A stretch of 63,959 nt of DNA, the filler included, from Dirinaria sp. TL-2023a (lineage: Eukaryota): the NCBI GenBank assembly GCA_051941275.1. It is 3 parts of 3 records of this genome, joined end to end, with 100 filler letters (N's around TTAATTAATTAA, not from the genome) between each part and the next. Parts side by side here need not be neighbours in the genome. Positions count along the whole stretch, not along the records: positions 22,499 to 44,888 come from JAVEBF010000224.1; 2 more parts are not named here. One strand, 5' to 3'. The translations under genes and the position numbers were made by a program. Positions 25,012 through 38,700 of this stretch are shown here, piece by piece. Numbering within the stretch: position 1 is the stretch's first letter; each line of letters opens with the position of its first letter. The notes below the pieces were generated by a model. The model was not told the DNA's origin. It ran no database searches and saw nothing but the letters and a program-made list of their open reading frames with translations.

Positions 25012-27422
25012 TCATTTGGCCTTAGCTACTAAGGCTGCATCGTCTGAACTTTCTATAGTGATCAGATCTATGCCTTCATCTCCATCTTGGTCCTCCTTGT
25101 TCTCATTCTTACCTTTCCGTACAGGCGAGGACTCGCCGGCAGCTTCGGTTTCCTGATCTCCGAAGAGGAACCCAGCTCTACCTCTAGCCCTCTCCTTTTC
25201 GGTTGAGAAGCGTGACGCAGCGACGAAATCGCTTTTGTGTTGCTCTTGACCGAGCATCCACGAGAAAGAGGACTGAGCTAGCGCCGGACGTACTGGTGGT
25301 GACGAAGGCCCGGTAGCACTTTGAGCAATGTCTATGCTGGGTATAGATTCAATGGCATTTATGGTAGTAGACGCTTTTCCAGGCGATTTCGGCGAGGTCT
25401 GCAATGACGGGCCTCGACTATCGGCCTGACCCTTTTTTCGATTCTCTTTAACAGGTACTTTCCGCATTGGCGAATAATTAGGCCTAGGCTTGCGCGTTGG
25501 TGATCCGAGATCGGCCGCAGACCTCTCGCTTCGCTCGTAGTCCCTCTTATCCGGTGCTTCACGGGCCTCCTCGGCGGGGAGAGGCATACTTGGGTTCTCA
25601 AGATACACTTGTACGAATTGTACTTTTGCAATGGCGAGACTAAGCGCGTCCGTTGCAGGTTTAGCGTTTTCTGTTGAGGACTCTCGTTGCTGAACCCATA
25701 GATCTTTCATAGCTTTCTCAAGTAACTTGGCTAGCTCTTTGTTACGCTGCTCGAGGGCGGCGACGCGTGCGGTCAGATGAGCTGTCTCGTCAGCAACCAT
25801 AGTTCCGGTATCCAGGGACCACCGTGGTACGCTGGATAATTTGCTCGGTGTACTGCCAGCTGACTGCAAGCCTTGATAGGCACCCCGTAGCGCTTTTGCT
25901 ACCCCCCACTTCTCACCACGGCTGTAAACACCTCGGGCAGCCTCTTGAATAATGCCTTCGATTCCTCCTTGTTCTTGCAGATACTTGCCAGGCGACATGT
26001 TAGGTGAGAGCGATGAACGTAGACCATGTTGTTTTCGTCTTTTCCCTCGTTTCGAGGCAGACGGTATGGCTGACTCGTTTCCAATAGCATACTTCGAGAC
26101 GAGATGGATACCTCCTTCCTCTGACATATTGCTGCTCAAGTACAAAGCATCCTCCACGAAGCTTTGAGGTCCATGTGGTGGATGGGGTGCAGGGTAGCGT
26201 AGAAGCAACGTCAGGGCGCCCGAGTAGTCTGCTTCCATCACTGCATTCGTCAATGTCTGTGCACTATGTTGATACATGTTTTCGTTGTACTTACGCTGTG
26301 CTCTGATACGTAAGAGCATGCTAACGCACACGAGGTCTACGAGATTCAACGCTGGATCTTCAGCGAAAAGGACATCCCACAGCGAAAGCACACCATCAAG
26401 TGGAAATTCACGTCCGAATAACAACCGAATCCACCTGATCAAGAATATTTGAGGAAGAATTTCAATTGCTGCCAGATGATGGGACAAGTCGGGATCTACC
26501 TTATGCAGATATTCCTCATGTATTCGTCTGCTCCTTTCGACGATGGTGGAGCCGGAGAATGGAGCCGAGGCAGTAGCATTACTATTAGGTCCAGCCTCAT
26601 AGAAGGACTTAACGGTCTGCATAATAATTCCAAATATTGTAAAAGAGTCATGTTCGAGATATTTGGGGTCGAAACAAGCCAGGATCAAATGATCAGATCT
26701 AGCATCCTTTTGCGCCGCATTTGCAAAGCTTTGGGGATCTATGGCGTCGCGCGATATCACCCACAGTATAGGTGCAAGGACTTCGTGCATCCCTTGCCGA
26801 TACCCAATATCTTGATTGAGCTTGCAGAAGATAAAGAGGATGTCGAGGAGCATTGACTGGGTGGCAGGCTCTCGAAAATAGGAATTCTCCGGCATGCATC
26901 TTTCGACGTCTTGGAATATTTCCGCTCGCAGCTCTTCATCCTGGCGCAAGTTGCTCCATTGGGACTTTCAAGGACTTAGTGAGTGGTCAGACAACTTCGC
27001 TGGCGTGCTTGGCGAGGTTGCTCACGCTCTTATCATCTGTCAGAGGATCCGCAGCTGAAATGTCGTCAGGGCGCTCGATATGCCGTAAAAAATGATCTCT
27101 CAACGCCGAATATGCGCTCCTTGAGTCTGAGAGTGTTTTAGGCCATGTAGATTTGTCGAGATTGCCAAAAAGTAGAAATGCCTAGCCAAATCAGTATACA
27201 TAGAGTCAATAAGTATCTTTCATGCTGACCTTCCAACATATCGATCTGAGTCCAATTAGAGTGGGACTATTGCCCGTGGATTCTTTTACAGCAGCCTTGA
27301 GGTCTGAAATGCAGCAATTGGCGTCAAAAGTAGCTTGCCAGCGGGCGCTGCGACACATCAGTGAGTTGTAATTGTATCTAATTTGGACGCGAAGTTTACC
27401 TGGTCTCGACATAGAGACGCAT
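25012..27422 (-). CDS. TBC-domain Rab GTPase-activating protein (TBC1D5/Gyp6-like), about 5 exons
   Basis: GLRSICWK, Arg finger IFQDVERC, Gln finger GYRQGMHEVLAP and RWIRLLFGREF. Confidence 0.92.
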
Positions 27423-27745
27423 AGTAAGGGTACATTGCCTTCACTTACTGCAGATGTGCTGAAAAGTTATCGACATCCCTCGATCCGTCAGCCAAAGCTG
27501 CTGGTACCCTAAAATAACCCTTGGGTTCATTCTGCCCCTCTAAGGTAAACATGATAATGGAGGCTTGCCGCTGTTTACAAACTCTAGATCAGAATCGAAC
27601 CAACTCCTCTGAGAGGATTCAAAGCTGGGACGCAACGGGACTCGAAACATGCTCTCGGTCCTCGATACGCACATATCTTAAAACCAAAAGTGAACGAACA
27701 AAGTCTACCGTAGTTACAGTCTTAGTTCAGTGTGCACAGCTCCCT

Positions 27746-28924
27746 ATGTCTCAAGACCTGCTGGAAACCCTTGGCTATAGCAAAGGGCAGGGACTAGAGC
27801 AGAACCCATGGAGAGACGAACCGATCCAACATGATCGAAAAGAGTATTTCGAGGGAGACAGCAATGATTTCGGTGAATTTCAGGCACCAGAGGAACAGTC
27901 AACACCTGGTACACTTACGACAGATTCTGTTCAATTGTCGAACGACAATTCCGCGCAAACTCTGGATGAGGCCCATCTTGATACTACGCATTCCGTAAAG
28001 GCACTAACGTCTAACCATCTGGATAGTGATTGGGGAGACTTTGTTGAACAATCCGAAGAACCACAACCCAAGCTGCACGAAACAGAAGCGGTCCATTCAC
28101 CCGCAGACCAAGTCAAGGGAGCCATGACCAGGTCCGACTTTTCAACAGACACAAAGGCCGCGACTCTACAAGTAGAGGCGGGTTCCAGCCCAATTGGATT
28201 GAATCTACGGAAGCCAAATACGCATGTTGCTACAACATCATCAGAGCAAAAGCCACCTCCTTCTAACGTACCACCGCCTTCGATTTTACTTACACTGACA
28301 GCGACTTTATTTCAATCACTACCTATTGAAATCAAGGACCTCGTAGCATCTATGAAAAGCCTAGAGTCTAACCTGTATTCTTTTGACGAGCCGGAGTTTG
28401 CTAGAATCACTTTACGTATGTCTTTCTTAAGAACAGGTGCCCGTATCATTGCCGGAAGAAAACTCCGTTGGAGACGAGATACCCGTCTCGCGCAAAGCAT
28501 GAAGATGGGTCAAGCTCAAGCGGGCAAGATTGGGGGAATGAAGCTTGCCGGCGTGGACCGGATGGAAAGTCGGAGGGAGGACCAGCAAGCAGCGGAAGCG
28601 GTAAGAATATGGCAACAAGAAGTCGGAAGTCTACGAACTGCGATTGGTGTGTTGAAGTCTCATCTTACAGCGCTGCAATTGGCAGGATCGAGAACGCCAG
28701 AAATTAAGGAGAATATGCCAATACGAACTGGAAAAGCGAGCGACAATGCGCGCACAGCTCCTAAATGCTGCTTTCTCTGCGGCCTCAAGCGAGAGGAAAG
28801 GCTCGACAAGGTCGATGTTGACGTCTTCGACAACTTTGGGGAATGGTGGACCGATCACTGGGGCCACACCGACTGTAAGGTGTTTTGGCTAGAACATGAA
28901 GGTTCTCTGAGGATGCGAGGTTAA
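27746..28924 (+). CDS. Hypothetical protein: acidic N-terminus with DFGEF/DWGDF motifs and a C-terminal Cys/His cluster
   Basis: Long open frame with RIIAGRKLRWRRD and CFLCGLKREER..FGEWWTDHWGHTDC. ATG 27746 (MSQDLL) is preferred over the upstream TTG start. Confidence 0.8.
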   Translation: MSQDLLETLGYSKGQGLEQNPWRDEPIQHDRKEYFEGDSNDFGEFQAPEEQSTPGTLTTDSVQLSNDNSAQTLDEAHLDTTHSVKALTSNHLDSDWGDFVEQSEEPQPKLHETEAVHSPADQVKGAMTRSDFSTDTKAATLQVEAGSSPIGLNLRKPNTHVATTSSEQKPPPSNVPPPSILLTLTATLFQSLPIEIKDLVASMKSLESNLYSFDEPEFARITLRMSFLRTGARIIAGRKLRWRRDTRLAQSMKMGQAQAGKIGGMKLAGVDRMESRREDQQAAEAVRIWQQEVGSLRTAIGVLKSHLTALQLAGSRTPEIKENMPIRTGKASDNARTAPKCCFLCGLKREERLDKVDVDVFDNFGEWWTDHWGHTDCKVFWLEHEGSLRMRG

Positions 28925-29802
28925 GACTAGTGGAAGGCCATGTTCTCCTTGTTCTAATCCGTTTGGAGGCCTTGATCAGTCCGTAGCATGTATAAGCAGT
29001 CATTCTCTATCAATGGGATCTAGACTTCCTAGCTCTGAGTCATGCTTGCATTATATTGCCTGAATTTTCGAGCCATTTCTTTATATGGATGCCTTGGAAA
29101 AATGATACCGAAGAAAAGGGGGTCACCGGCTGCATGCACATGGCTTATGCACGCCAAGCATGGACGGTTGAGACCTTGCATAAAAGCCAGCGAGGGTGAG
29201 ACCGAGGACGGAGGGGGACCCATTTGTAGCTCACCGAAGCTGCCCCACTTCTCTCATTAGGAAGCAAACCCGAGGCTTACCTAGATTGAAAGCAATCAAT
29301 CTTCGTCATTGACAGCATATAAGGGAAGGCTCCCCTGCTTTGTAAGTTGCAAACATCAGTATATTGTCAACCCTGTCGTCGAAGGAAGCTCAGCAGGTCA
29401 TCACTTGTGCAAACTAGCTTTTTTTCACAGGAGGCCTCTCACTCAGCAACTTCGCTTCTGGATGTCCTTGTGACTCGGAAAACACCCCTTCTCTACACTG
29501 AACAGGTGCTACAAAAGAAGCCATTGCTACCTGGAAGAAATAAGCCCTAACCCAAATAGCACGTTCCGCCTGTTCCGTCTCCGGTCGAGCACTCTCTGTA
29601 TTTGAACATTCCACACTCTCTACTCAAGGCCTAAAAGGCATAGTAGGCGGCAGCAGAAGAAGCAGCACGTCGGGCAATTCCGAGTCGATTATCCTTTTCG
29701 GAACTGCAGAAGCTCGAACATTCCTTTCCCACGTCTTTGGAAACCTAACACAGGCGAGCAACACCGACCTCTCCTCCGCTTCTCGTCCTCGGAGCGGCAA
29801 GG

Positions 29803-30281
29803 ATGGGGCTTGCCTACAACGTCTATCTCAACGCCGACAAGATCTTCGGCTGCAAGAACTGCAAAACCCATCTCGCCAGCCACGATGCCATTATAAGTCG
29901 GGTACGTTTTCCGCCGTGACCCCATCTACTGCTTCCTCTCGGAAACCTGTTTTTTCTTCTTTACAAAGGGGGTTTTCCTTTCTTTCTCTCTCATCATTGC
30001 GCACCCCCTATCTTGCTTCCGAGCTTATAAGTTCTTTCCCCTACTAGAATTTCCGTGGCCAACATGGCAAAGCCTACCTCTTCAACGCCGTGGTCAACAT
30101 CGTCCAAGCCGAAGCCGTCGAGCGTAACATGACCACGGGCCGGCACGTGGTGCGGGACATAAGTTGCCGGCAATGCAAGGAGACAGTGGGATGGAAATAC
30201 GACAAGGCATACGAAGCTTCAGAGAAGTACAAGGAGGGGAAATATATCCTGGAGGCAGAGTTGCTGTGTACGGTGTACTGA
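29803..30281 (+). CDS. Yippee/Moh1-like zinc-binding protein (2 exons; intron 29902-30047)
   Basis: MGLAYNVYL..FGCKNCKTHLA..ISR|NFRGQHGKAYLF..MTTGRHVVRDISCRQC..VGWKYDKAYE.SEKYKEGKYILE. Confidence 0.95.
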
Positions 30282-30824
30282 AGAGAGGGGGACAAGAAAT
30301 GAAGGTATCGGCATTGTTTCACGGGGGTTGCTTGGGCGGTTATCGGTGTTTCGAAAGTGTGAGCATGGGAATGGCTGGCACTACTGTCCAGGTGTTGGAG
30401 CAGACCGGGGGATTGTTGCGATGGGCATAGCGATTTCTGCAGACATCGATGTTCAATGCTAATGGTCACTTTGAGGGAAATTTCATGAGTGATACACTAC
30501 CGGATTTACCATGCGATGTCTACTTTGTGTTTGAAGGAGAAGCAGCAAGCATCCACGTGACGCAGACAAGGGGATGGAAGACCCGACAACATCTGGCATA
30601 ATTAATCCCATGTGCAGGCAACGGACAGAGAGAGAATCAGGGGCCAAGGAACCTGATTTCGCGGGCCGCATATCCGGGAACGCGGGGGCAAGTATGACAA
30701 AATTGAAGGTTGGCTTAGAGACTCTACATGACCCTCGGCATAACATAACACCATGTGCGAGCCGGTGCATTATTATCTGCTGTTCATCTTTCATCGTTCT
30801 GGTCCTTTGATTGTAATCTCAAGT

Positions 30825-30833
30825 TATATAAAA
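30825..30833 (+). promoter_or_regulatory. Putative TATA box of the ADH gene
   Basis: TATATAAAA about 65 nt upstream of ATG 30895. Confidence 0.5.
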
Positions 30834-30894
30834 GGCTTTTCCCCTTTTTGAATAAGATCAATTCAGGCAGAGATTGGTGAATCAAAACAGCGCA

Positions 30895-32622
30895 ATGGCA
30901 CAAGACAAAATGAGGGCCGTAGTCTATAAGGGCCCATATAAAGTGGTTTTGGACGATCGCCCAATCCCGAGGATCCAAGACCAGACCGATATCATTGTCA
31001 AAGTCATGTATACTGCACTATGCGGCAGGTACGCCCAGTGCTCCTCGGTCATGGAAGGGGTACAAAAAGACTGACTAAAAATGATATATGTAAAGCGAGC
31101 TCCATGTTTTCCGAGTAGGCGGACCAACAAACATTATTGAACTCTCGGTTTTGACTGTATCACAGGGCCACCAACCCAGCCCGGAGAATATTGTAATGGT
31201 ACAATCACCTGGTGCCTGGACTCCACCCGTGTCATAACTGAAGAGATCAAAGGGCCATGAGTTCACTGGCACAGTCGAAGAGGCAGGGTCCGAGGTCAGG
31301 ACCTTGAAGAAAGGAGACCAGATCGTGTCGCCTTTTACTGTATCATGGTAAGCCAGGCCACTAGAAGCAGAACCGTAGGTAGTAACCGCTCACCAAAGAC
31401 AGCGGAGAATGCTTCTACTGCAAGAACAATTTCTCGTCAAGGTGCGCTAAGGGTGCGCTGTTCGGAACAGCGGCGCTCGATGGGGGTCAGGCGGAATTTG
31501 TAGATATGCTGAAGGCGAAACTAAGCGCACTCAAGGACTGACTGGACCGCAGGTTCGTGTGCCATTCGCGGACGCAACTGTGATGAAGGCGCCGGAGGCC
31601 ATATCCGATAACGTTCTCGTCCTGATGGCCGACATTTTTCCCACCGGCTATTTTGCAGCAAGCAATGCTGTAAAAGAATTGACCAAGGAGCAACTTGCCG
31701 AGGCAACTGTGGTATTATTGGGATGCGGGTCAGCAGTCTCCGCGCGTTCTCTTTAGCTGTATAATACTGACAAAGGTATACTTTGAATAGGCCGGTCGGT
31801 CTCTGCGCGCTAATCAGCATCGTAGACTTTAAGCCAAAGAACCTGCTTGCTGTAGATGCGGTTCAATCTCGGCTTGATCTTGCCAAGTCTTTGGGCGCGG
31901 AGCCATGGAATTTCCAGACCAACAGAGAAGGCCTTGACAAGCGAGTGCAGGAGCTCACCGATGGACGCGGAGCGGATGTTGTCATAGGCAAGGTTCCCAA
32001 TGGGTCTAAGTTCCGCATATTTTCAGCTGACGGGGTTTATGCAGAGGTCGTCGGCCTAAGCCCAGCGTTGAAGCTAGGATTCGAGTTATTGAGGCCATGG
32101 GGTAAGTATTGCTTATGGTGGTTCGAGATTATTTGTTGATCGTTCCAGGCATCATTTCGAGTGTTGGTGTACACAATGCAGAGGTGATTTACTCTTGGCA
32201 ACAAGCCGAACTAGTTCGCTAAAGTGCAGTAGATTCCCTGGTATTCCAAACCGACTTGCCGTTCTATCGTTCGTTTTTGATCGTCGCTAGGACCGGTAGT
32301 CAAGCCTACGGCAAAAATCTAAGGATCCAAATGGGCCGTTGCCCCGTCCGCTCGATCTTTCCGCAAGCACTGGAAAAGCTGCAGCAAAAGCAGCACTTAC
32401 TTGGGTTGGTCCCAATCAGATAGGAGGCAGGAAATTTGGGGGTGCTAAACCTTTGGCAGATTCATGTCTGACAGAGTCATGCCATTATCACAGGCATGCG
32501 AAGGGTATAACTTGTTCGACAAGATGGAAGTGCAGAAAGGTACAGAACTCTGAGAGTTCCGCGTACATTGGAAGCCTACTAGGTGCTAATATTGAATAGT
32601 CATCTTCGAGGCGCAGAAGTAG
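30895..32622 (+). CDS. Zinc-dependent medium-chain alcohol dehydrogenase (FDH-like subgroup), 13 exons
   Basis: Spliced ALCGSELH, MGHEFTG, structural Zn SCGECFYCK..SRC, GGQAEFVRVP, MADIFPTGY, GCGPVG, DGRGADVVIEVVG, ending KVIFEAQK*. Confidence 0.92.
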
Positions 32623-33475
32623 ACCCCTACAAGTTCCTCAAATGGAACTAAACTTGCGAATACAGCGCAATGGATGACTAAGCAAGACAGCGTAATGAGA
32701 GCATAAGATGCCTTATATGACGGTATTGCTATTGTCAATGCCGAGTCCACAGAAGCAATAAGAACGTACACTTACCATCTGGCCTTCTCAACTAAGGTGG
32801 TTTAATTAAAGTCATCTACTCGTAACGCTGTGGTAACAAGACTCGGCAGAACATTAATATTGTGGTTGTCCACAGAGTAATCACATTATTGGAGGTGTTT
32901 GGGAAAAACCCAAAAGACATGAGGATGAATATTTTCAATTTTCATTTTTCAGACGCCAAGCTCAACAGCCCGTTTGTCTCGGTTCGCTTCGACTAGCGAA
33001 GCTTTTCCGCTTGTGTTGACTGACAAGGATCCTGCATGGCGGGGAAGGTAAGAAAAAGGAAGCGATTTCTTAGCGCTTCCATTAATTACGAGAAATTCTA
33101 CCTCCTGCTGTGTGTGAAGCTCTTTCCTTCTGATCACCTCTTCTCTTCCTCCTCTTCTTCTTCTTCTCCACCACCTTCGATCCGATTCCTCACCCACCTC
33201 ACCTCTGTATATCCTCCTCCTCCGGTCGCATGCCTTCCGGCTCCCAATCCTCTTTCTCTTATCATTCTCAACCTTCGCAATCTCTGACCACACCGTAAGT
33301 GTACCTTACTCTTAATCAGTGGGTGCAAAATCCCTAACCGCGTATTCAAGATCTTCACGTGCGTTGGCTGTGCTGTAATCGATCTTCGAGAGCTTGCAAC
33401 CCAGTTCCCCTGCAATTGAGATCGCTCTTCTTCCCCCAAGTTCACTCCAAGCCGTCGTCAACCCTAACCTCCGCA

Positions 33476-34684
33476 ATGGCAGCTACCGAAACAAGGAATG
33501 AAACGGATCTGTTATCAGAGAACCTTGGCCGAGTTAGTCTGAATGACGCTAATGATGACCATCGTGTTGGTCCGGACGGCGAGCCTGCGCCTAGAACCGA
33601 CGAAGAATATGCACAATCCCAGTTGACCCTTCGCGCAATAGTCTCCTCTAAGGAAGCTGGCGTAATCATTGGCAAGGCAGGCAAGAATGTCGCCGACCTG
33701 AGGGACGAGACTGGGGTCAAAGCCGGTGTGAGCAAGGTAGTTCACGGAGTCCACGATCGAGTGCTCACGGTCACTGGTGGACTTGAAGGCATCTCAAAGG
33801 CGTACGCCATTGTGGCCAAAGGCTTGCTGGAAGGTGCGCCACAAATGGGAATGGGCGGTGTAATCTCTACGAACGGAACACATCGTAAGTCTCACGCAAC
33901 ACCATTCCTTGACCAAACTTTACGACGAATCTCTTCATATGCGATTTGCGGGCCAAATCGTGCAAACTGCTAATATTCGTTTCATCTAGCGGTTCGCCTG
34001 TTGATTTCACATAACCAAATGGGTACAATCATTGGGCGGCAGGGTCTAAAGATCAAGCACATCCAGGATGCTTCTGGGGTCCGTATGGTTGCTCAGAAGG
34101 AGATGCTTCCGCAGTCCACCGAGCGCATCGTTGAAGTGCAAGGGACTCCCGAAGGCATTCAGAAAGCAACTTGGGAGATCGGTAAATGTCTTGTGGATGA
34201 CTGGCAACGTGGTACTGGCACCGTACTTTACAATCCCGCAGTCAGAGCCGAGGTTGGTCGCGGCGGTCCGCTTGCCCCTGCTGCTGCGTTGCCCCCGTAT
34301 GTGGGCAACCGTGCCTTCAATCGGACGGGCAATGGCGCTGATTTTAGTGACAATGCGGGCGGCTATAATCGTCGATCAAATTCGGATGCCGCAAACCGCG
34401 GCCCCCCCTTGACAACGGATGATGGAGAGGAGATCCAGACTCAGAACATCAGCATTCCGTCTGACATGGTTGGCTGCATCATTGGTCGAGGCGGAAGCAA
34501 GATTAGCGAGATAAGAAAGAGCTCCGGAGCTCGTATCTCTATCGCAAAAGCTCCCCATGACGAGACTGGAGAACGGATGTTCACTATAATGGGTAGTGCT
34601 GGCGCGAACGAGAAGGCCCTCTATCTCTTGTACGAAAATTTGGAAGCGGAGAAGATGCGGCGCAGCCAACAACCACAGGAGTAA
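33476..34684 (+). CDS. Triple-KH-domain RNA-binding protein (Hek2/Pbp2/Rnc1 family); coding intron about 33885-33989, probable 5'UTR intron about 33295-33440
   Basis: Three GxxG KH motifs: GVIIGKAG, GTIIGRQG and GCIIGRGG. Confidence 0.93.
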
Positions 34685-35754
34685 ATATGATCCACTGCTC
34701 ATCTGTCTACTCAGTCAAGGCTTCGAGCGTGCTTAAAGCTTACCTCCTCTCTCGAACAATGGCCAAAAATGCGTGCCTGGTCAACGGAACCAGATACAAG
34801 TTGGATCACGCCTTGACGGCAGCACTATACCCTTTCCCAAAAGTCTTTCAAATCGGCCTACAAATCCTTTTCACGACAGCCTCGGATTACGAAGCAACGA
34901 CCGATGACAGCCCTTTACGATACTCCATGACGTTCTTAGCGTGCGACCGCCTGGCTACCTTGCTTATTCAACCATTCTTCTCTTACACCCGATAACTCAG
35001 TCTGCGCCAAATGCTCTTCTCTTCGACGATCCCACCTGGCGGTACGACAAATCTATCACTACCTCATCAACTCAGCCTCAATGAGCACTGTCCCTCATGG
35101 AATCCACCCCTTAATCCTCGAACAATCCCCAACCTTCGGGCTGTACATAGCCTGCCACCTAGAGTGTGATTGAATATGGAAAACAGGGACTAGATAGGGA
35201 AGCTAAATCTCAGTGTCCAACACAAGCTATGATCCAAATGAGATGCATCTCTTGCCATTGCCGATCTCCTAATAACAATTCACGCATCCTGCTCTTTTCA
35301 TGGCCATGAGGCATGACTAGCAAACAGAGAAGTACCGTTTTTAGCGCCAGCGAAATCGATTGTAATAGACGTTCCTTTGTTGGTAGAATAATAATAGACT
35401 TGATCTTCACCACCATCACCACATAACCCTGTCCGCAACCTCGAATCACCCCTCATAAAAACCTACCTTACAGTCCGTGGACCAGTCCTATCCAATATGT
35501 TTGCGAGTTCTGCAGCAGCATGTGCCAGTTTGCTTCATTTTCAAGCCTTTGCTAGTGATCATATGCATCCCAAGGTGCTCTTAAGCGACGGGTCACGCAT
35601 CGACTTCCCCGTGTGCGATCCGGTGCCGCTACCAGCATCCCACGCGTACCTTACTTAAGGGTTCGGTCTTTTTCGACAGCAAAGATCCCGATCTCCAGTA
35701 CTCCTTGCCTGTGCTGGAGACTCTGACTAGAGTGCTGTTCTCGATATCCTAAGA

Positions 35755-38700
35755 ATGCCGGATCATGGCGTTCAGAATGAGGGTAAGCCGACGTCCATGG
35801 AGGGAAAGTCCAAGCCCCAACAGCAGCACCACTATGCCATTCAATAAAGAGAACATGCGTACAGCATCAAACGAGCTAATTCCATACAGATGATACGAGT
35901 CTGCAACGTTCCATCTCCCTACAAGAAGACAAGGAGGCTTCCACCTTTACCCTCAATTTACCGAAGAACAGATCCACTGGGAACCTTTTTGGAAGCTCTG
36001 GCAAGAATGCAACCAACGCACGGATACGCCTGTCCTTCAACGAGGAAACCATCAAGGAACACAGCCGTGGAGCCCTGTCTCCCATTATGTCGGACCACGA
36101 GCACGGGGTTGGTGCCTCCGGATTGCGCCGTATTCGACAACAACCATTATCCCGAATGCCAACCCAACCACCATCACCGCAGGCGTCCTTCTCTCTGCCA
36201 CAGAGAAGTTCTTCGATGACACTCGCTTCGTCAACATCACATGGAGCTACGCCGAGTACTTTTACATCTGCCGGACCATCCTCCCCGACTTTCAACTTTA
36301 CCGAAGATCTATCACGATTTCCTTCAGAGTCACTCCACTCCTTCTCCTTTGCTCACCAGTCGGAAGACGCACTACACAGCCGACAAAATGTCCTGAAAAG
36401 ATCTTTGGATTTCATGCGCAACAGGCTAGTATGGACAACAGATCACCCTGGGCTTGTAACAGCTCAAGCAAGAGTCGCTGGGGATCCTGAGATACAACGT
36501 GTGATGGAATTATTGACAAAAGCGAATTTATTTGGGCATGATACAGAGGGCGATCGTGACTCGCGAGCCCTTTATGGCCCTCTGACCGGTCCCCCAAACT
36601 TGGACGGGAGCAACGTCTTCGACAAGGCCTTCGTTCCAGCGCCCAGGAACATCGAGATAGCCGACTCAAAAATCCCAGATACAGTTCAAAATCAGGATAG
36701 TATAGCACCTCCAATGGCTGATCATAGTGGATTGCCATCCTCTACAGATAGTACGTCAGGAATGCAGGACCCCCAAAGCTCAAAAGCGCGGAGTGGCTTA
36801 AAGCGAACACGTACCGATTTGTCGCTGCTCAACCTGCAAATGAAGCTCACTGAGGTAATGGCACGGCCATATACTGCAAAGGATAATAAGGAAGATGATA
36901 GCGCACTTTCTCCTACGCCTTTCTCAGCAACAGTAAACTCGCTGAATGCGGCCATAAACTTGCCCTCCGTGGTACACGGATCAACGAATCGATGGTCCCA
37001 ACCCTCACAAGCCATATTTACTACAGAAGCGCATGCACCTTGGACGATCCTCGCTGCCAATGACCTTGCATGCTTGGTGTTTGGCGTGACCAAGGCTGAA
37101 GTCAAGAAGCTTGGTATTCTCGAGGTCGTGCGAGAAGAGGGCAGAGTGTGGCTGGAGAGTAAGCTTAGATCAACTCGATCAGATATGACAGCTCAAGTGC
37201 GTCAAGAACCGTTGAGCAGTAGGAATACCAGTCCTAATACATCGAGCCCATTGACTTCCAGAGGAGGGGTGACTGCAAAACTTCTTAGCAAGCCACCGTC
37301 TCGGCAAGTTTCAAGTCAGAAGAAACCGAAGAAGGGAAACAGCGAGGCTAGCCAGCCCGTCAATGGCACAACGAGCCACAACGCAGCGAACTCTAGGGGC
37401 GTTTTATTATGTGGGGATGTTGTCCCAATACAAAAGCGCAACGGAGCTACCGGATCAGCGAGTTTGTGGGTCAAAGAGAAACGTGGTGGACTGATCTGGG
37501 TACTGGAGGAGATTGCTGAAGACATGGCTATTTTAAGTATTGATCGTGAAGCCCATGTGGTAGGGTGCACTGGCCCCGCAGGTCTTATATGGGGAGAATC
37601 CACATCTCTTGTCGGCACAGACGTCCGCGAGCTCATACCAAAACTGCCACTTGCTAACGCATCTATGAAATCAGCTATCGACTTCACAGCCGTCAAAGAT
37701 ACTAGGTATTATACGGCCCAAAATGCAGATGGCACGAGCATCCCCGTCTCGGTTTCTCCCCAATTCGCAGAGATGAATCTAAGAGTGTCGAGTTTCCCAC
37801 ACATCGCAGGAATCCTCGTACTCTCCGCTGCGACACTGGAGATATCTAGCTCAAACTCTGTTTTCTCCGCTGCGCTATTTGGGCAAACGAACCCAAATGG
37901 TTTAATGATTAATGACCTTATACCATGCTTTGACAGGATTCTCAAAGTCCTTACAGAGGATAGCAGTATTGTTCTACAAGATGGAATTGTGATTCCAGAG
38001 CAAAGCTTTCGAAGGGCCAGCGCACTTTTGGCCTTACGAGAAGGAACCGCAGAGGCTGCCACTCTTCTTTTACCATCTGCTGGTCTGATTGCCAGACATC
38101 GTGATGGCTCGGACATCAGAATTGACGTTCAAATGCGTGTTGTTCATAGTGAACGAGCGAGCTTGAATGATGCAATGATAGAGGAAAAAAGTGAAACTAT
38201 GAGCGACGCGGCTAGTGATACGAGCACCATAACTGACCCAAGCGGGCCCGAGTTGAATTCAGAAGTCGTTTATGCATTGTGGATAACTTATTCCCGTCAG
38301 CTGCATGCTGCGCTTCGTGGTGGTGGATCTGCGACTCCTATTCTGTCTAGACCCGGAACACCTCACCACATGTCGCCTGGTCAAACCAGCGAATCGATCT
38401 CCCCTCAGCTGATAGACTCCGACGACAACAAATCGGACCTATCGCCCAACTCTGACATGAGGAAACAGATCGAAGAAGCCGCTTCACAGCCGATATCGGA
38501 AAAGCCTCTGGTGGAGAATACTATACCTGAATCACGCACAGACACCAAGCCTGCAAACACAGCTATGCTCCCCAAAGATCGAGCCATCAAGAAGAAGATT
38601 GCCGATTTTGTCATACTTGAAGATCTTGGTCAGGGTGCTTACGGTTCTGTCAAGTTAGCTAGATATAGTAAAGGCAATGGCTCTAAAGTTGTACTCAAGT

